Assembly: GCA_964016885.1 (NCBI GenBank)
Contig: OZ024741.1
Span: 14,136,001-14,200,000 of the forward strand
Length of the DNA stretch: 64,000 nt
Direction of reading: 5' to 3'
DNA from: Eledone cirrhosa
Taxonomy: Eukaryota
The first letter of the stretch is position 1; each line of letters opens with the position of its first letter. Of the stretch, positions 11,903-25,748 are shown piece by piece. A program made the position numbers and the translations under genes. The notes under the pieces were generated by a model. That model was not told the DNA's origin. It did not search any database and was given only the letters and a program-made list of their open reading frames with translations.

Positions 11903-13194
11903 TATATATATATGTAGCGTGTGGTGTGTGTATACTGTATATATATTCATATATAGAATCATACACACACTGGCATACAGCTATACATACAATTTCACAC
12001 ATAGACACTCATACACAGATGTATGACAATCCAATATATGGTATGATGATGTGACCATATTTCAGTTAAATAACAAAGAATTTTCTTGGAATTACTGAAA
12101 TGTTGGTAGACTTCAGTTTAAATAAGAATCCTTTAACCGTTACCTAACTATATTTCTTATTAAATACATCGTATTTCAATTAATTAAGAATTTTTAGGGA
12201 TTTAACTAAAATTACAATTTCATTACTAAGATAATAACATAAGATATAGTTCTTATATAAAATTATGTTGATCGATTCTAATTTAACCTTTTTTTCTTAC
12301 CATATTTTTAATGAAAGACGCTGTCTATGATTTTCAAATAATTTTGAAAATAATCAAGAATTTGGAGAGATTTAATCATATATCTAACTTTTTTTTGTGA
12401 TTAAACGAATGATGAGAAAATAACTTAACAAAGGTTCTTACATAAAATTATGCTGGAAGGTTATATATATAGATTATTCAATCCTTCCATTATCATGTTT
12501 TTAATGAAAGCAATAACTATCATCTTCCAATAGTTTTGAACGTAATCAAGAATTTGGAGAGATTTTAATAGCTATTTATTTATTTATTCAATTTAAACGT
12601 CCGTATAGAGCTAGTAAGCTATGACAGACTCGGGGAAGTATCGAGTACGCCTTACAGTTGGTAATACAAAAAGAGCTACTGAGGCAAATAATTTAAAAAA
12701 AGAAAAGAAAAAAAAAACTAAAAATTAAAACAAAAAAGAGAAAAGAGGAAAACAAATAAAATAGCAAAAATAAAATTTCAAATATTGAAGGAGGTCAATG
12801 GGAGGAGATTATGGATAAGAAAATGAAGAAGAAAAGAGGAAACAAGGGAATTTGCAAAACAGAAGTTTCTCTAAATATAAACACTTTAAAATGACTACCG
12901 TTATATCATAGAAACAGTGGTAGTCTCATGCAGCATCGTATGAAAACGGATGAATAAAAAAATTTAAAATTTGTCGATTGACTTTCGTCTAATTGGACCG
13001 AGGAAACAATGTTTCCGTTGGTCTTTCCAATTGCTAATACTATCTATCGGTCGCAACTCCAGGTAGAAGGAGCACTAGAGCTGGTTTTGTTCCATAGAAC
13101 TAGAACCGGTTTTGTTCCATAGAACTAGAACCAGTTTTACCTAGGATGATTTCAAAAAGGGTTTTTAAATGTTACCTATACTGTTATCACCTGA

Positions 13195-14378
13195 AATGGA
13201 TGGTTGGGTGGCTGGCTGGCTGGTTGGTTGGTTGGTTGGCTGGCTGGTTGGTTGGTTGGTTGGCTGGATGGTGGTTGGTTGGTTGGTTGGCTGGCTGGTT
13301 GGTTGGCTGGATGGCTGGTTGGTTGACTGGCTGGCTGGTTGGTTGGTTGACTGGCTGGCTGGATGGATGGTTGGTTCGGTGGCTGGCTAGCTGGCAGGCT
13401 GGTTGGTTGGCTGGGTGGCTGGATGTTTGGATGGCTGGGTGGTTGGTTGACTGGCTGGCTGGTTGGTTGGCTGGTTGGCTGGCTGGTTGGCTGCCTGGTT
13501 GACTGGCTGGTTGGTTGGTTGGCTGCCTGGTTGACTGCCTGGTTGGTTGGTTGGTTGGTTGGTTGGCTGCCTGGTTGACTGCCTGGTTGGTTGGTTGGTT
13601 GGTTGGTTGGCTGCCTGGTTGACTGGCTGGTTGGTTGGTTGGCTGCCTGGTTGACTGGTTGGTTGGTTGGCTGCCTGGTTGACTGGCTGGTTGGTTGGCT
13701 GCCTGGTTGACTGGCTGGTTGGTTGGTTGGCTGCCTGATTGACTGGCTGGTTGGTTGGTTGGCTGCCTGGTTGACTGCCTGGTTGGTTGGTTGGTTGGTT
13801 GGTTGGCTGCCTGGTTGACTGCCTGGTTGGTTGGTTGGTTGGTTGGTTGGCTGCCTGGTTGACTGGCTGGTTGGTTGGTTGGCTGCCTGGTTGACTGGCT
13901 GGTTGGTTGGTTGGTTGGTTGGTTGGTTGGCTGCCTGGTTGACTGGCTGGTTGGTTGGTTGGTTGGCTGCCTGGTTGACTGGCTGGTTGGTTGGTTGGCT
14001 GCCTGGTTGACTGGCTGGTTGGTTGGTTGGTTGGTTGGTTGGCTGCCTGGTTGACTGGCTGGTTGGTTGGTTGGTTGGCTGCCTGGTTGACTGGCTGGTT
14101 GGTTGGTTGGCTGCCTGGTTGACTGGTTGGTTGGTTGGTTGGTTGGCTGCCTGGTTGACTGGCTGGTTGGTTGGTTGGCTGCCTGGTTGACTGGCTGGTT
14201 GGTTGGTTGGTTGGTTGGTTGGCTGCCTGGTTGACTGGTTGGTTGGCTGCCTGGTTGACTGGCTGGTTGGTTGGTTGGTTGGTTGGTTGGTTGACTGGCT
14301 GGTTGGTTGGTTGGTTGGTTGGTTGGTTGGCTGGTTGTTGGTTGGTTGGTTGACTGGCCGGTTGGTTGGCTGGCTGGT
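13195..14378. repeat. Compound (TTGG/CTGG)n microsatellite
   Basis: Seen directly in the sequence. Confidence 0.95.
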
Positions 14379-14681
14379 GAGCATTACTGCAGACTTGACT
14401 TCATCAACAGAGATACAGTAAAGAAATAATGAGTCTTATTACTCTGGAGTTTCACCTGTTCATCACAAGGTCATCAGACAAAAACAATCTATATTTAAAC
14501 TCTACTTCAGTATTGAGTACACTTTTCTCTCATCTATAAACCTGCGATAATCGTCAGCCTTTCAATATTCATAGCTAGATAGCTTTCCAAATGCTTATTT
14601 ATTAAACATCGTATATCATTAGATATAGGAAATGCACATGTGTGTATGTATACAGCTATGTCGGAGCTCAAGTTTGAATTA

Positions 14682-14703
14682 TCTATATATATAAAACTGA
14701 GGA

Positions 14704-14743
<40 letters not shown>

Positions 14744-15324
14744 TTTGAATCCCTAAAACTCGAGAAGTACCCGACCGATGTTTTTCAAACTTTACACGAG
14801 TATTACTTATGTTTCAGGGAGTGTTATGCACATAAAATTCAAATTTTTGATCCCCTCGGGCCCGCATTAGGTGAAAAACTGCGCTTTTTCAGCTTTTCAG
14901 GGGTTTTTTTTGAGGCGTTACGTCACACCGATTTCCTTGAAATTGTAACTATGTATTAGTCAGTCTCTTCTTCATACCGTGTGCAAAGAAAAACTTTTTT
15001 ATGGCCTAGGGCCCGCATTAGGTGAAAAACTTCATTATTTCAGCTTTTTAGGGCTTTTTTGAGGCGTTATGTCTAGCCGATTTTCCAAAAATTTCAAGGC
15101 ATATTATGCACATAAAAAATTCCTTTTTTTGATCCCCTAGGGCCCGCAGTAGGTGAAAACCTGCATTTTTCCTGCTTCATCGAGGAAAATCTTAAAGATT
15201 ATCCAGCCATCAGAGTATTCGGTATATTTTCTTTACATATTGTCCAGGCATGCAGTTTTTAGGTATATTGGCGGCCCGCGTTCCAAAATACCTTATCCCG
15301 TGCAACGTCGGGCACCACTGCTAG
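14682..15324 (+). mobile_element. Non-autonomous Helitron
   Basis: A|TCTATATATATAAA start, (GT)n, internal GGGCCCGCATTAGGTGAAAA repeats, hairpin CCCG..CGGG and CTAG|T end. Confidence 0.8.
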
Positions 15325-15383
15325 TATATATATAAATATATATAAAAAAGAAATGTTCGCTCTACATGGCTGAATACAATAAC

Positions 15384-15695
15384 TGTAATCTGAATTTTTC
15401 GAATATTAATAATAATATTCGATTCGTTTGCAATTATGCAAACAAGCCTCAATTTTATAGCCATGTCAGTAGAATGAACCCTTCATTATTGCTCTTGTGA
15501 TGGCATGTGAACAGTGAGCTGTACTGATGAAGGGTGATAACCAGAAATATTAGTGTCTGCAGTTCTGTCCACATGCCAACACAAGAGCAAGAATGAAGGG
15601 TTCATTCTACTGACATGGCTATAAGATTGAGGCTTGTTTGCATAATTGCAAACGAATCGAATGTTATTATTAGTATTCGAAAAACTCAGATTACA
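15384..15695 (+). mobile_element. Rod-like fold-back element with apical hammerhead
   Basis: About 135-bp inverted arms closing directly onto the HHR at 15516-15565. Confidence 0.8.
15516..15565 (+). ncRNA. Minimal type I hammerhead
   Basis: GAGCTGTA-CTGATGA-ag-GGTgataACC-a-GAAA-TATTAGTG-TC-TGCAGTTC. Confidence 0.8.
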
Positions 15696-15697
15696 TT

Positions 15698-15975
<278 letters not shown>

Positions 15976-16149
15976 TTGATATATATGTATATATATGTGT
16001 AAATCATATCTACCCTGGTAAAGCACATAAAAACTACGGATGAAACGGTAAATACAAATTAATAAAATAATCAAACTGTACATACCATCACTATAACGAT
16101 ATGCACTTATATATATATATATAACTGTTCTCCTTCCTCTCCTCCGTAG

Positions 16150-17925
16150 GAGAACGTGGAGGTGATGAAGGAAGAACTCTGTACCGCTTACACTGAGGGC
16201 AGAGAGGAGGCACTGATAGTGAAGATCAGAAGTGCGGAGAGAGCGGTTGGCAGGTCTGGATGTAAGGAGAGCTGGATGATCATCAACGAGATCACAGGGA
16301 GGAAGAGACGGTATTCGAGTCAGATCCAGGGAACAGGGCCCGAGGATAGGAAGGAGAAATGGCTGGATCATTTGAGGACCCTACTAGGAAAGCCGCCCTC
16401 CAGAGCCCAGAACACTGGGGAGATCAGGCGGCTGTTTGAGGAACTGGATATTGAGACGGCCATTCACCAGATAGGAGCTTGAGAGAGCCAAGAAGAAGAT
16501 CAAGGAAGGCAAGGCTCATGGAGAAGATTGAGTGGCATCAGAGGTGATGAAGAGGTGTGATTTTGATGATATCATCCTGGGGTTCTGTAACGGGGCACTG
16601 GAGAAAGGAGTTGCCCCGAATCAGTGGAGGATTAGTAACATTGTCCCAGTGCCAAAGAAGGGAGATCTCTTTAACACCAACAACTCCAGGGGGATCTCAC
16701 TGACGTCACTTGAGGCAAAGACCCTCAACAGGATGATTCTTAACAAGATCCAGCCCGAGATGGAGAAGAGGCTCAGGTACAACCAGAACGGCTTCAGAGA
16801 AGGAAGATCAACCACCAGTCACATCCTGATGCTGAGGAGGATATTAGAGGGAGCTAGAGCAAAGTGCCTTCCTGCGGTCATGGTTTCTATGACTTTAGGA
16901 AGGCATTTGATTCTGTGGAGCGTCACTGCCTGATGAAGATCTAACTGGCTTATGGAATCCCCAAGAAGATAGTGGACCTGATATCACTGCTCTACACCAA
17001 CACCAAAGCCCAAGCCATTACACCTGATGGGATGACAGAGTTCTTTGAGATACTGGCTGGAGTGCTCCAAGGAGATACATTGGCTCCAGGGAGATACATT
17101 GGCTTCCTAACTTTTTATCATCGCAGTGGACTATTGTATGCGCCTTGCGCTGGAGAAACACCAGGACTCTGGCTTTACTGTAACACCGGCTCAGAGCAGG
17201 AGAGTTAATGCGAAAAACATATCGGATGTTGAATTTTCCGACGACATAGTTTTGGTGACAAACACAATGAAGGAGGCAGATAATTTGATGCAGGAGGTGG
17301 AGACTGTGTCGATGAGTGTGGGGCTGAGAATGAATGAGATTAAGACGAAATATCTGGTAGAGAATATTAAGTCAGAGAAGATTACTAGTGTAGGCAGGAA
17401 GCCACTAGAATTGGTTGAGGACTTCTTGTATTTGGGAGAAAAGATTGGGAATACGGAAGATGATGTGGTCGAGAGGAAGAGCAAAGCCTGGGTGGCGTGC
17501 CACAGCTTGAGATCGGTGTGGAAGTCGGACCTTCATAAAGACCTGAAGATCCGCCTCTTCTTTGTTGTAGTGGAGTCTGTGCTGCTGTATGGGTCTGAGA
17601 CTTGGACACTGACAAAGAAACTCACTCAGATGGTGGATGGGTGCTACACGAGAATGCTGAGGATGGTTCTGAACATTAATCAGTATACACTGAGGATGAA
17701 GAACTTAGAGCTGTACAGGAGCCTCCCAAAAGTCAGCTGGAAAGTGACACAGAAGAGACTGAGGTTAGCTGGACATGCTCAACGATATCCAGAGTTGACA
17801 CTGGACTCAGTGCTCCTGTGGGAGCCCCTGCATGGACACACTGGAAGAGGAAGACCAAAGTTAACAGATGTTGATGCCCTAAGGACAGAGACTGGTCTGT
17901 TGGAGACGCAGAACTCAGACTCTAA
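16150..17925 (+). pseudogene. RTE-clade LINE reverse transcriptase, 5'-truncated and frameshifted
   Basis: Motifs VPVPKKGD, RGISL, QNGFREGRST, GVLQGDTLAP, FSDD, FLYLG, LLYGSETW and RLRLAGH are spread over four broken ORFs. Confidence 0.9.
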
Positions 17926-17932
17926 AGGGATG

Positions 17933-17988
17933 TAACTATGCTAGAAAGCATGGCATCCAACCCTCTACCGTTACTGCCAATTCACCAC
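17933..17988 (-). mobile_element. tRNA-SINE head fragment
   Basis: Reverse complement of the first ~60 bp of the SINE. Confidence 0.7.
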
Positions 17989-18327
17989 CCTAATAATAAT
18001 AATAATAAAATTAGGAAAATTAACAAAGGGAAGACAACGAACGAAAACAAGGCAAAACGATAAAAATAATTTTCTTAGGGGGAAACCTTAGAATATAAAT
18101 AGTTGTAGAGTATGTTGAAGTTAGGTTGGGTGTGAATATATAACAGAGTGTAGCGTGTTGTAGGTGGTGTATATATAATATATTGTAGAGTGTTGTAAGT
18201 AGGTGGTGTATATAATATATTGTAGAGTGTTGTAGTAAGGTGTGTGTCTATATATATATATGATAATATACTGTATGTTGTAGATAGATGATGGGTTTAT
18301 ATAATATTGTACATTATGTTGAAGGAG

Positions 18328-18371
<44 letters not shown>

Positions 18372-19717
18372 AAGATAGCATTGTAGAGGGTCTTTATAAT
18401 GGGTTAGTTAGGTCCCTAAAGAAATCACTTTTGTACAGAAGATTTCATTTCAATTCATCTTCTTCATTTCTACTGTTTATATATATACATACAGACAGAC
18501 ATGATACTTAAATGTTACATATATATACAATGTATTATATATTTAATATATATTGCACAATATATCATATATATATATGTTTGTGCGTGTGTATATTTAT
18601 ATATATACAGCACACATGTATATAAAAATAAACACTAAAAACAAATCAATATATCTGTCCTAAGACCAGATCATCTTCAGCAAATCTCACCATGACCACC
18701 ACTACCACTTATAGCTCTATATTTTATGCAATCAACACACAACACAAAACTATACATTCCTCACCAAATCCACAAAAAAAAAATATCTGCAACAATTCCG
18801 CAGACAACAACTGACAAACTCTTAAGACTAAAAAATTCCCTGTGACATTTCAACTGTGATTGGAGGGAGGGGATAGTCTCTCTTAGAGAATCTAGGGGTC
18901 CAGTGTTGAAATGACGGCAATAACATTGAATGTATTTAATTATTGAAGTCCACGACTGCCATATATACCAGGATTACCAGATACACAAACTGAGAAATAT
19001 GTGGTTTGATAAATTAATAGTTATCATAAGAAAAACTCTATAGTTTATGTTGATTACTGACATGTGGAAGTGATTAAAGATAAGAATATTTTAATAATAT
19101 ATTTCTAGGGTATAATTACATAAATATATAAAGGACATACGAGATTAAATGTATGAGTAACTTTGGAAAAATAACTATTTACAGGAACAAAGATAGAGTT
19201 AGAACCCAGGACATTGAGACTGGAAAGCGAACTTATTATAGCAACATGACTGAGATAGGAAATGCATTGTATGATTGCGTGTGTAAATCTTAAAGAGTTA
19301 CAGACATAAATATTTATATACACTAGCAGAAGAACCACCCTTCTGGTGGTTTTTCTGCTAGCATGTGTAGTGTGTATATTGATATTATACGCAAGTATAT
19401 ATACATGTAGATATGATACATCAAATAAAATCGTAATTGACAATATACACAGAAATTGAACGAAGACTGTGTTACATTGTCTTATGTAATCAGTAACGTA
19501 ATCCATGATACATTAAAAAAAGACGATATTATATATTAACTGCATTAGGGGAAAATTAGTGACGGAAATATAGGAATGTTTATTTAAGCGATCGCTAACC
19601 GGAAGTGTTGACATTTGAAAATTTTAAAGAAGTGAATCTTTAAAAAATAAACAATAAAATATATTTAATCAACAGCCACGAAATTTAGTAGATAAATTAT
19701 GTAATATTCATTCATTG

Positions 19718-19900
19718 GTGGATTGGTAGTATCGGTAGAGGGTCGGACGCCATGTTTCCAGCATAGTTACGTCCCTTTACGATCTGAGTTCAAATCCCGC
19801 CGAGGTTGACTTTGCCTTTCATCCTTACGGGTCGATAAAATAAAGTACCAGTAATGCACTGGGTAATTTGCTGGCCTTGTGCCTAAAGTAGAAACAATTA
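19718..19900 (+). mobile_element. tRNA-SINE, full copy
   Basis: Near-identical to 1-183. Confidence 0.9.
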
Positions 19901-20771
19901 TTTATTCAAAGTAATCCAACTTATTTTACTAATGGGATAAAAAAATTAAAAACCGTACGCAGTCCCGCACTCCTTACTTCATTATAGTTTAGATATATAC
20001 AAACAGATAGGTTATCATTATAGTTGTTTCAAAATTTTCTTATTTCTTTTCTTCTTATTATTAATATTATTTGTTTCTCTAAGAAGTGGTGGATGTGTAT
20101 ATAGTGGGGTTTTTTGGGGTGGGGTGGGGTGGGGGTGGGGTGTATGTATAGTATACTTATATGTGTATGACCTGTATATATTTTGATCCCATAACCCCTT
20201 GTGGAATCGTAGGGGTGCCATCGTGACACTGCGTGAATTGGGCACTTGAAACCTGACGAGGCCCTTCTCTCACCAAGTCAGAATACCACAGATTTCCTCC
20301 AGAGAAAGAGAAAGGAAGTGAGAAAGAGATATAGAGAAAGAATCAACCTAAAAAATGGACTGGTTCTTTATTTATCGACCACGTAAGGATGAAAAGCTAT
20401 GTTGATCTCGACGGGATTTGAACTCAGAATGCCGGAAGTGAAACCGTAACGTATTCTATCCAATCTTATACCAACTCACAGCCTATCCTAAATATCTATG
20501 TGATGTATTTATCATGTAATGAGTATATATCATGTAACGTGTATATATCATGTAACGTGTATATGACACATATATTTATATATTTTTTTTCGTTGTTTTT
20601 GGTATTGTGTGGCTAGGTCTACCTCCCGCAATTTTCAATTTGTCAAGCTGTCTCAACGTATGTTATTACTCTGAGGGCCTACCTTATTGAGTGCTTTGCT
20701 GCTCCTTCCTAATTGTAGGTCGTTAGCTTGGCCACAGCCAAAGCTTCGATTTTACTAAGCTTCCACTTGTA

Positions 20772-20810
<39 letters not shown>

Positions 20811-20813
<3 letters not shown>

Positions 20814-20910
20814 GAAGGAAGTGTGGTAAGGAACCAGGTGGACTATAACGCACCAGAGTACTCGATACTTTGGGTAGTAGAGTGGGAAATAGGAAAAGGT
20901 TCAGGACACC
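20811..20910 (-). mobile_element. Family D tail fused to a 4152-family fragment
   Basis: Reverse complement of the family D tail, followed by 20911-20975 matching 4375-4440 in inverse. Confidence 0.65.
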
Positions 20911-20999
20911 GATTGGTGCCCTGAAATAGCGATGTATACATGAATGTATGTATAGTATATTTGGCAATATGCCGTATATATATATATATACCAGAGACT

Positions 21000-21445
21000 G
21001 AAGGACACTTGGATTCGAAGAGATCTATTCGACCATCTCCTTACTGTCATTAACGCACCTCTGCTTTTGATCTTTATTGAGCACCCTGGGAACTAACTTT
21101 GCGCATGTTCAGATCGTCATGAATGACTCTGTAAACAGTGCCCTCAACCACTTGAAATTGTTTAACAATCACCAGAAGAGGTGCACGACGTTCCTCGTTC
21201 AGAAATTTGCGAATTTTGTCGACTAACTTTGGCATCCTGATGTCCCTCTCCCTACCACACCTGTCGTCATCCCTCACCTACTCCCTGCCTTCCTAGAACC
21301 TCTCGTGTCAGCGGAAAACAGTCGCCTAGTTCATGCAAGTTTGTCGGTGAGCAGTTTTGACCCTTTCATAGGTTTCTGCAGCGTTTTTGCCGAGCTTGAG
21401 ACTAAACTTTATTGTATATCAAGACTCCAAGATGTCCTCACGTCC
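21000..21445 (-). pseudogene. Mariner transposase N-terminal (HTH) remnant
   Basis: IKFSLKLGKNAAETY.. and DDDRCGR..GTVYRVIHDDLNMRKV match the mariner DNA-binding domain; contains stops. Confidence 0.8.
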
Positions 21446-21688
21446 CAACTGCATTGTGGAACTAGTCAGCTGTGACAAGACGTGTATGACAGGTAGTGTT
21501 TAAAGTGCTGTAGTGGCCCAAACCTTCAACCTGAAAAAATATATATTTTAACCATATCTTATAACCATATCAATGTTAGACTAGCAGTTACATAAGTCAA
21601 TTAAAATTGCCTGGAAAGAAAAAGTCTCAAAACTTCTCGAGTGTAACTCGTATGTGTATTGTGTATATTTTTATTGTTAGGGAGAAAG

Positions 21689-22272
21689 GCACCACTACCA
21701 CCACCTCCACCACCACCACCGCCACAAGCACCACCACCATCACCACAAACACCGTCACTACAAGCACTATGACCATCACCACAATCACCACCACCACCAC
21801 AAGCACCACCACTACCATCACCACCACCACCACCACCACCATCACCACAAGCACCACCACCACCATCACCACAAACACCATCACTACAAGCACCATGACC
21901 ATCACCACAATCACCACCACCACCACAAGCATCACCACCACCATCACAAGCACCACTACCACCATCACCACAAGCACCACCCCCACCACCATCACCACAA
22001 GCACCACCACCATCACCACCACCACCACCACCACCACCACCACCACCACCACCATCACCACCACCACCACCATCACCACAAGCACCACCACCATCATCAA
22101 CACCACCACCACCATCATCAACACCACCACCACCATCACCACAAGCACCACCACCATCACCACCACCACTACCATCATCACCACCACCACCATCATCAGC
22201 ACCACCACCACACCACACCACCACACCACACCACACCACCATCACCAACACTACTACCACCACCACCATCAC
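21689..22272. repeat. (CAC/CAT)n low-complexity tract
   Basis: Seen directly in the sequence. Confidence 0.95.
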
Positions 22273-22337
22273 TTGTATATATAATATCTCTTCTCTAGTC
22301 TTTTTCTGATTCCAACAGGTTGGTCTGTGACCATATA

Positions 22338-22527
22338 TAATTGTTTCTACTTTAGGCACATGGCTAGCAAATACCCAGTGTATTACTGGTACTTTATTTT
22401 ATCGACCCCGTAAGGATGAGAGGCAAAGTTAACCTCGGCGGGATTTGAACTCAGAATGGCAAGGGCCGTAACTCTATGCTAGAAAGCATGGCGTCCAACC
22501 CTCTACCAATACTGCCAATCCACCGCC
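22338..22527 (-). mobile_element. tRNA-SINE, full copy with TSD
   Basis: Reverse complement of the SINE; TSD CTGTGACCATA at 22325 and 22528. Confidence 0.9.
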
Positions 22528-24263
22528 CTGTGACCATACATAATGGTACAATGGCACCAACACACACAAACCTGTCGCTTGGTCACCTTTTTTGCCAACT
22601 TCAACCTTTTCATTGCGCATGCGTCCTTTTTAAGAAACCGCATGCGATGTTGGCTTGATGAAATCTTTCTTTATTGCCAGGTACTCCGATGTAAAACATG
22701 CCTGGCAATATTAATTGTCTTCATATATAAAAAGTACATGATAAAATGACAAGTCAGTTAATTATATTGATGGCCTCCCCCGGGGACAGAATGGAGAAGG
22801 CGTTTCCCCGGAGGACGGCAAGGGAGACGCAGCATAGTTGTTATTGTTCTGGTGTCTTGAAACTGCAGGGGAGCTTTGACGTGAGTACAGGTATCTTTTA
22901 CTTTAAATGTATTTGGTTCGCGTCGCCTTTCATTTGAATATATATATATATATATATATGTAGATAAATCTACCAAGAGTTTACGGTAGTGTCCAATCCG
23001 TATGAAGAACTCAATGTAATCCGGATATCATGGAAAGAAGAGATGCAATGAAAAATCACTTTCGGTGAAAGATAAACGGAATACAGAGTCAAGATAAAAT
23101 ATTAAAAAAATAATGAATAAAACAATGAAACAGTTCCTTATATTAAACAAAAAAAGTTCATTATTTCATTATTTTTTAATATTTTATATATATATATATA
23201 TATATTCAAAAATATAGACCAACATTAAATAAGGTTTAATATACATTATGTCAACACCACAATATGACATACACACACACACATAACACCTTCTACTTTA
23301 GAAAATAAAAACCCGAACTAAATAAACCTTAACATACGTTTGCACTGGCAATACAACAGCAAACACGAAAAAGTAAGGAAAATATGTTCATTCAAAAATA
23401 TTCCTACTAAAGGAATCACTTTCCTACACACACACATACACACACACACAATATATATATATATATATTCTCTTGATCTTAACATGCTAACCATACTCCC
23501 ACACACATAACACCCATACACACCCATAACAACCCCCACACCTACAACTCCCTCCCCATTTCTACTAATAGAACCACTTTCCTACACACATATATACACA
23601 CACAAAATATATATTCTCTCCATCTTAACATACTCGCACACACACACATAACACCCATACACACACACACACAACTCCCTCCCCCATCTCTACTAATAGA
23701 ATCATCTTCCAATACACACATACACACACACACACACACACACATACACACACACAAGCACACAAATAAACATACATATCTTCACTTCAATAGAAAATCT
23801 GAACTCTGACACCCCGGCGAGCTGGCCATATTCACTGAACCAGAACAATTCTCCCAACCCCTTTTCTCTTGACCACTATTTCTCCATTGTCATAACATTC
23901 ACTATAAAGACTACAGAATAGTTTTCCAAATAAGGGCGCAAAAATGTAATGAAAACTTGTTCACGTGACAGCCAAATTTCATTTATAACCAACCAAAAAA
24001 AAGCCTTCGTGAGCCTCCTTTTTTCAAGTAAAAAGAAATTCAAACACTCATATATGAAAAAACAACCCGTGAACCCCCCCCCCCTCTTATTTGAAGAACT
24101 ATTGTAACGCGAACTGGCGCGAAATTTATTATAATTATTGACAAACCAATCAAATTACTTCTCGAAAAACCTGGCATTTCGAGCCACTTTTTCCATATAA
24201 AACAAGTAACATTCAGAGACCAACCAGATGTGAGAAAAACCACAGACCCTCCATCTCAACTCA

Positions 24264-24301
24264 CCTTTTGAAAAGCAGAAGAACTGCGAAACCGGTAAAG
24301 G
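24264..24301 (+). ncRNA. Minimal hammerhead, U3-A8 core variant (family H element, about 24230-24437)
   Basis: CCTT-TTGAAAA-GCAGaagaaCTGC-GAAA-CCGG-TA-AAGG; the element tail ends in (TA)n. Confidence 0.8.
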
Positions 24302-24430
24302 AACCAAATAAATATATATTTAAAAAAAAAATAAGACTCCAGTTGCATTTTCGATTTCATCTCTTTTTCTTTATACTTTCACTCGTGTAGGACACCTCGG
24401 TTATTTTTCATTTTGTAAAAAAAACCTCAC

Positions 24431-24498
<68 letters not shown>

Positions 24499-25105
24499 AA
24501 TTGAGATAAGCGGAGCAAGCAAGATTTAAACAATTTTTTAAAATAAATTAAAAAATATTATTTAAATATTCACCTATTCCTTTTGCTTTTACCGACGCTT
24601 GCTCCGCTTATCTCAATATTATAGTTCTTGTGTGTCATATTAATACCATAGAACAACCATTGTATCATAGACACCCTATATATTTCCAGAGGTACTTAGT
24701 ACCTGTGGGGATATTGACCTCCTTTTTATATAGTCTCCTATGTGTAGAGAACAAATCCATTGTTTTATTTAGCTGCTATTTCTAGTGGCGTGATAGACAG
24801 CACGTCTATGTTTACTTCCGCTTCTACTAAGAGCTGGTTCATGTGCAGGTCAAGTTTACGGCCTCATTCAATCCTGTACTAGCTGGCAGATGGCAATATA
24901 TTTTGCCGTTCCCGGGACTTTAATCCTATGTAGGAAAAATGCTTTCTGAAGAACCGAACATTTCCATTGGAGTCCCTAGGATTTCCAATCTTTTGTGAGG
25001 TGAAACCGTTGGTAAAAGCAAAAGGAATAGGTAAATATTTAAATTATATTTTTTAATTTATTTTAAAAAATTGTTTAAATTTTGCCTGCTCCGCTTATCT
25101 CAATG
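24499..25105 (+). mobile_element. Fold-back element containing an HHR
   Basis: 24499-24597 is the inverse of 25008-25104; contains the HHR at 24941-25019. Confidence 0.7.
24941..25019 (+). ncRNA. Type I hammerhead
   Basis: GCTTT-CTGAAGA-ACC..GGT-GAAA-CCgttGG-TA-AAAGC. Confidence 0.75.
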
Positions 25106-25283
25106 GGTAATGTTATGTAAAATCCCAGAGTAGACGCAATTATTTGCTTCAATACAACATACGTAAATGAGTACCTCAAACATTAGCAACTGAAATCCCT
25201 ACTCGTCATCACAATGCCGTCAACTTATTCGTCACTGGTTCAAAAATTTACGGGGCACGAATGACCATAGAATTTGTACATAA

Positions 25284-25748
25284 AAAGTTCCCCTCCGAGG
25301 CACAAGTCTTGGTAAGGTTGTTTGTGGGAGACCAGTAGTCACCATGCATACCAGTCTCCCCTCTTCACGTCACCAATGTTGTCCAAGGGAAAGGTCATGG
25401 CTGATACAGCTTGGCACCAGTGACGTCGCAACTCATTTTCACATCTGAGTAAACTGGAACAATGTGAAATAAAGTGTCTTGCTGAAGGATACAACACATC
25501 ACCCGGTCCGAGAATCGAAATCACAACCCTACGATTGCAAGCCTAACAGTCTAGACACTTTATTTCACATTGTTCCAGTTTACTCAGATGTGAAAATGAG
25601 TTGCGACGTCACTGGTGCCAAGCTGTATCAGCCATGACCTTTCCCTTGGACAACATCGGTGACGTGAAGAGGGGAGACTGGTATGCATGGTGACTACTGG
25701 TCTACTACAAACAACCTTACCAAGACTTGTGCCTCGGAGGGGAACTTT
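25284..25748. mobile_element. Second SINE family copy with 195-bp inverted duplication
   Basis: 25284-25478 is the inverse of 25553-25748; a tRNA-like head on the minus strand sits in the loop (about 25500-25550). Confidence 0.7.

Noticed and set aside
13146-14421. QPTN/WLVG repeat ORFs
   Set aside because: Translation of a tetranucleotide microsatellite.
20250-20275. CTGACGAGGCC hammerhead start
   Set aside because: No matching stem II partner, GAAA or stem III follows.
21601-22359. Thr-rich (mucin-like) or Gly-rich ORFs
   Set aside because: Trinucleotide low-complexity tract open in several frames; one start lies inside a SINE.
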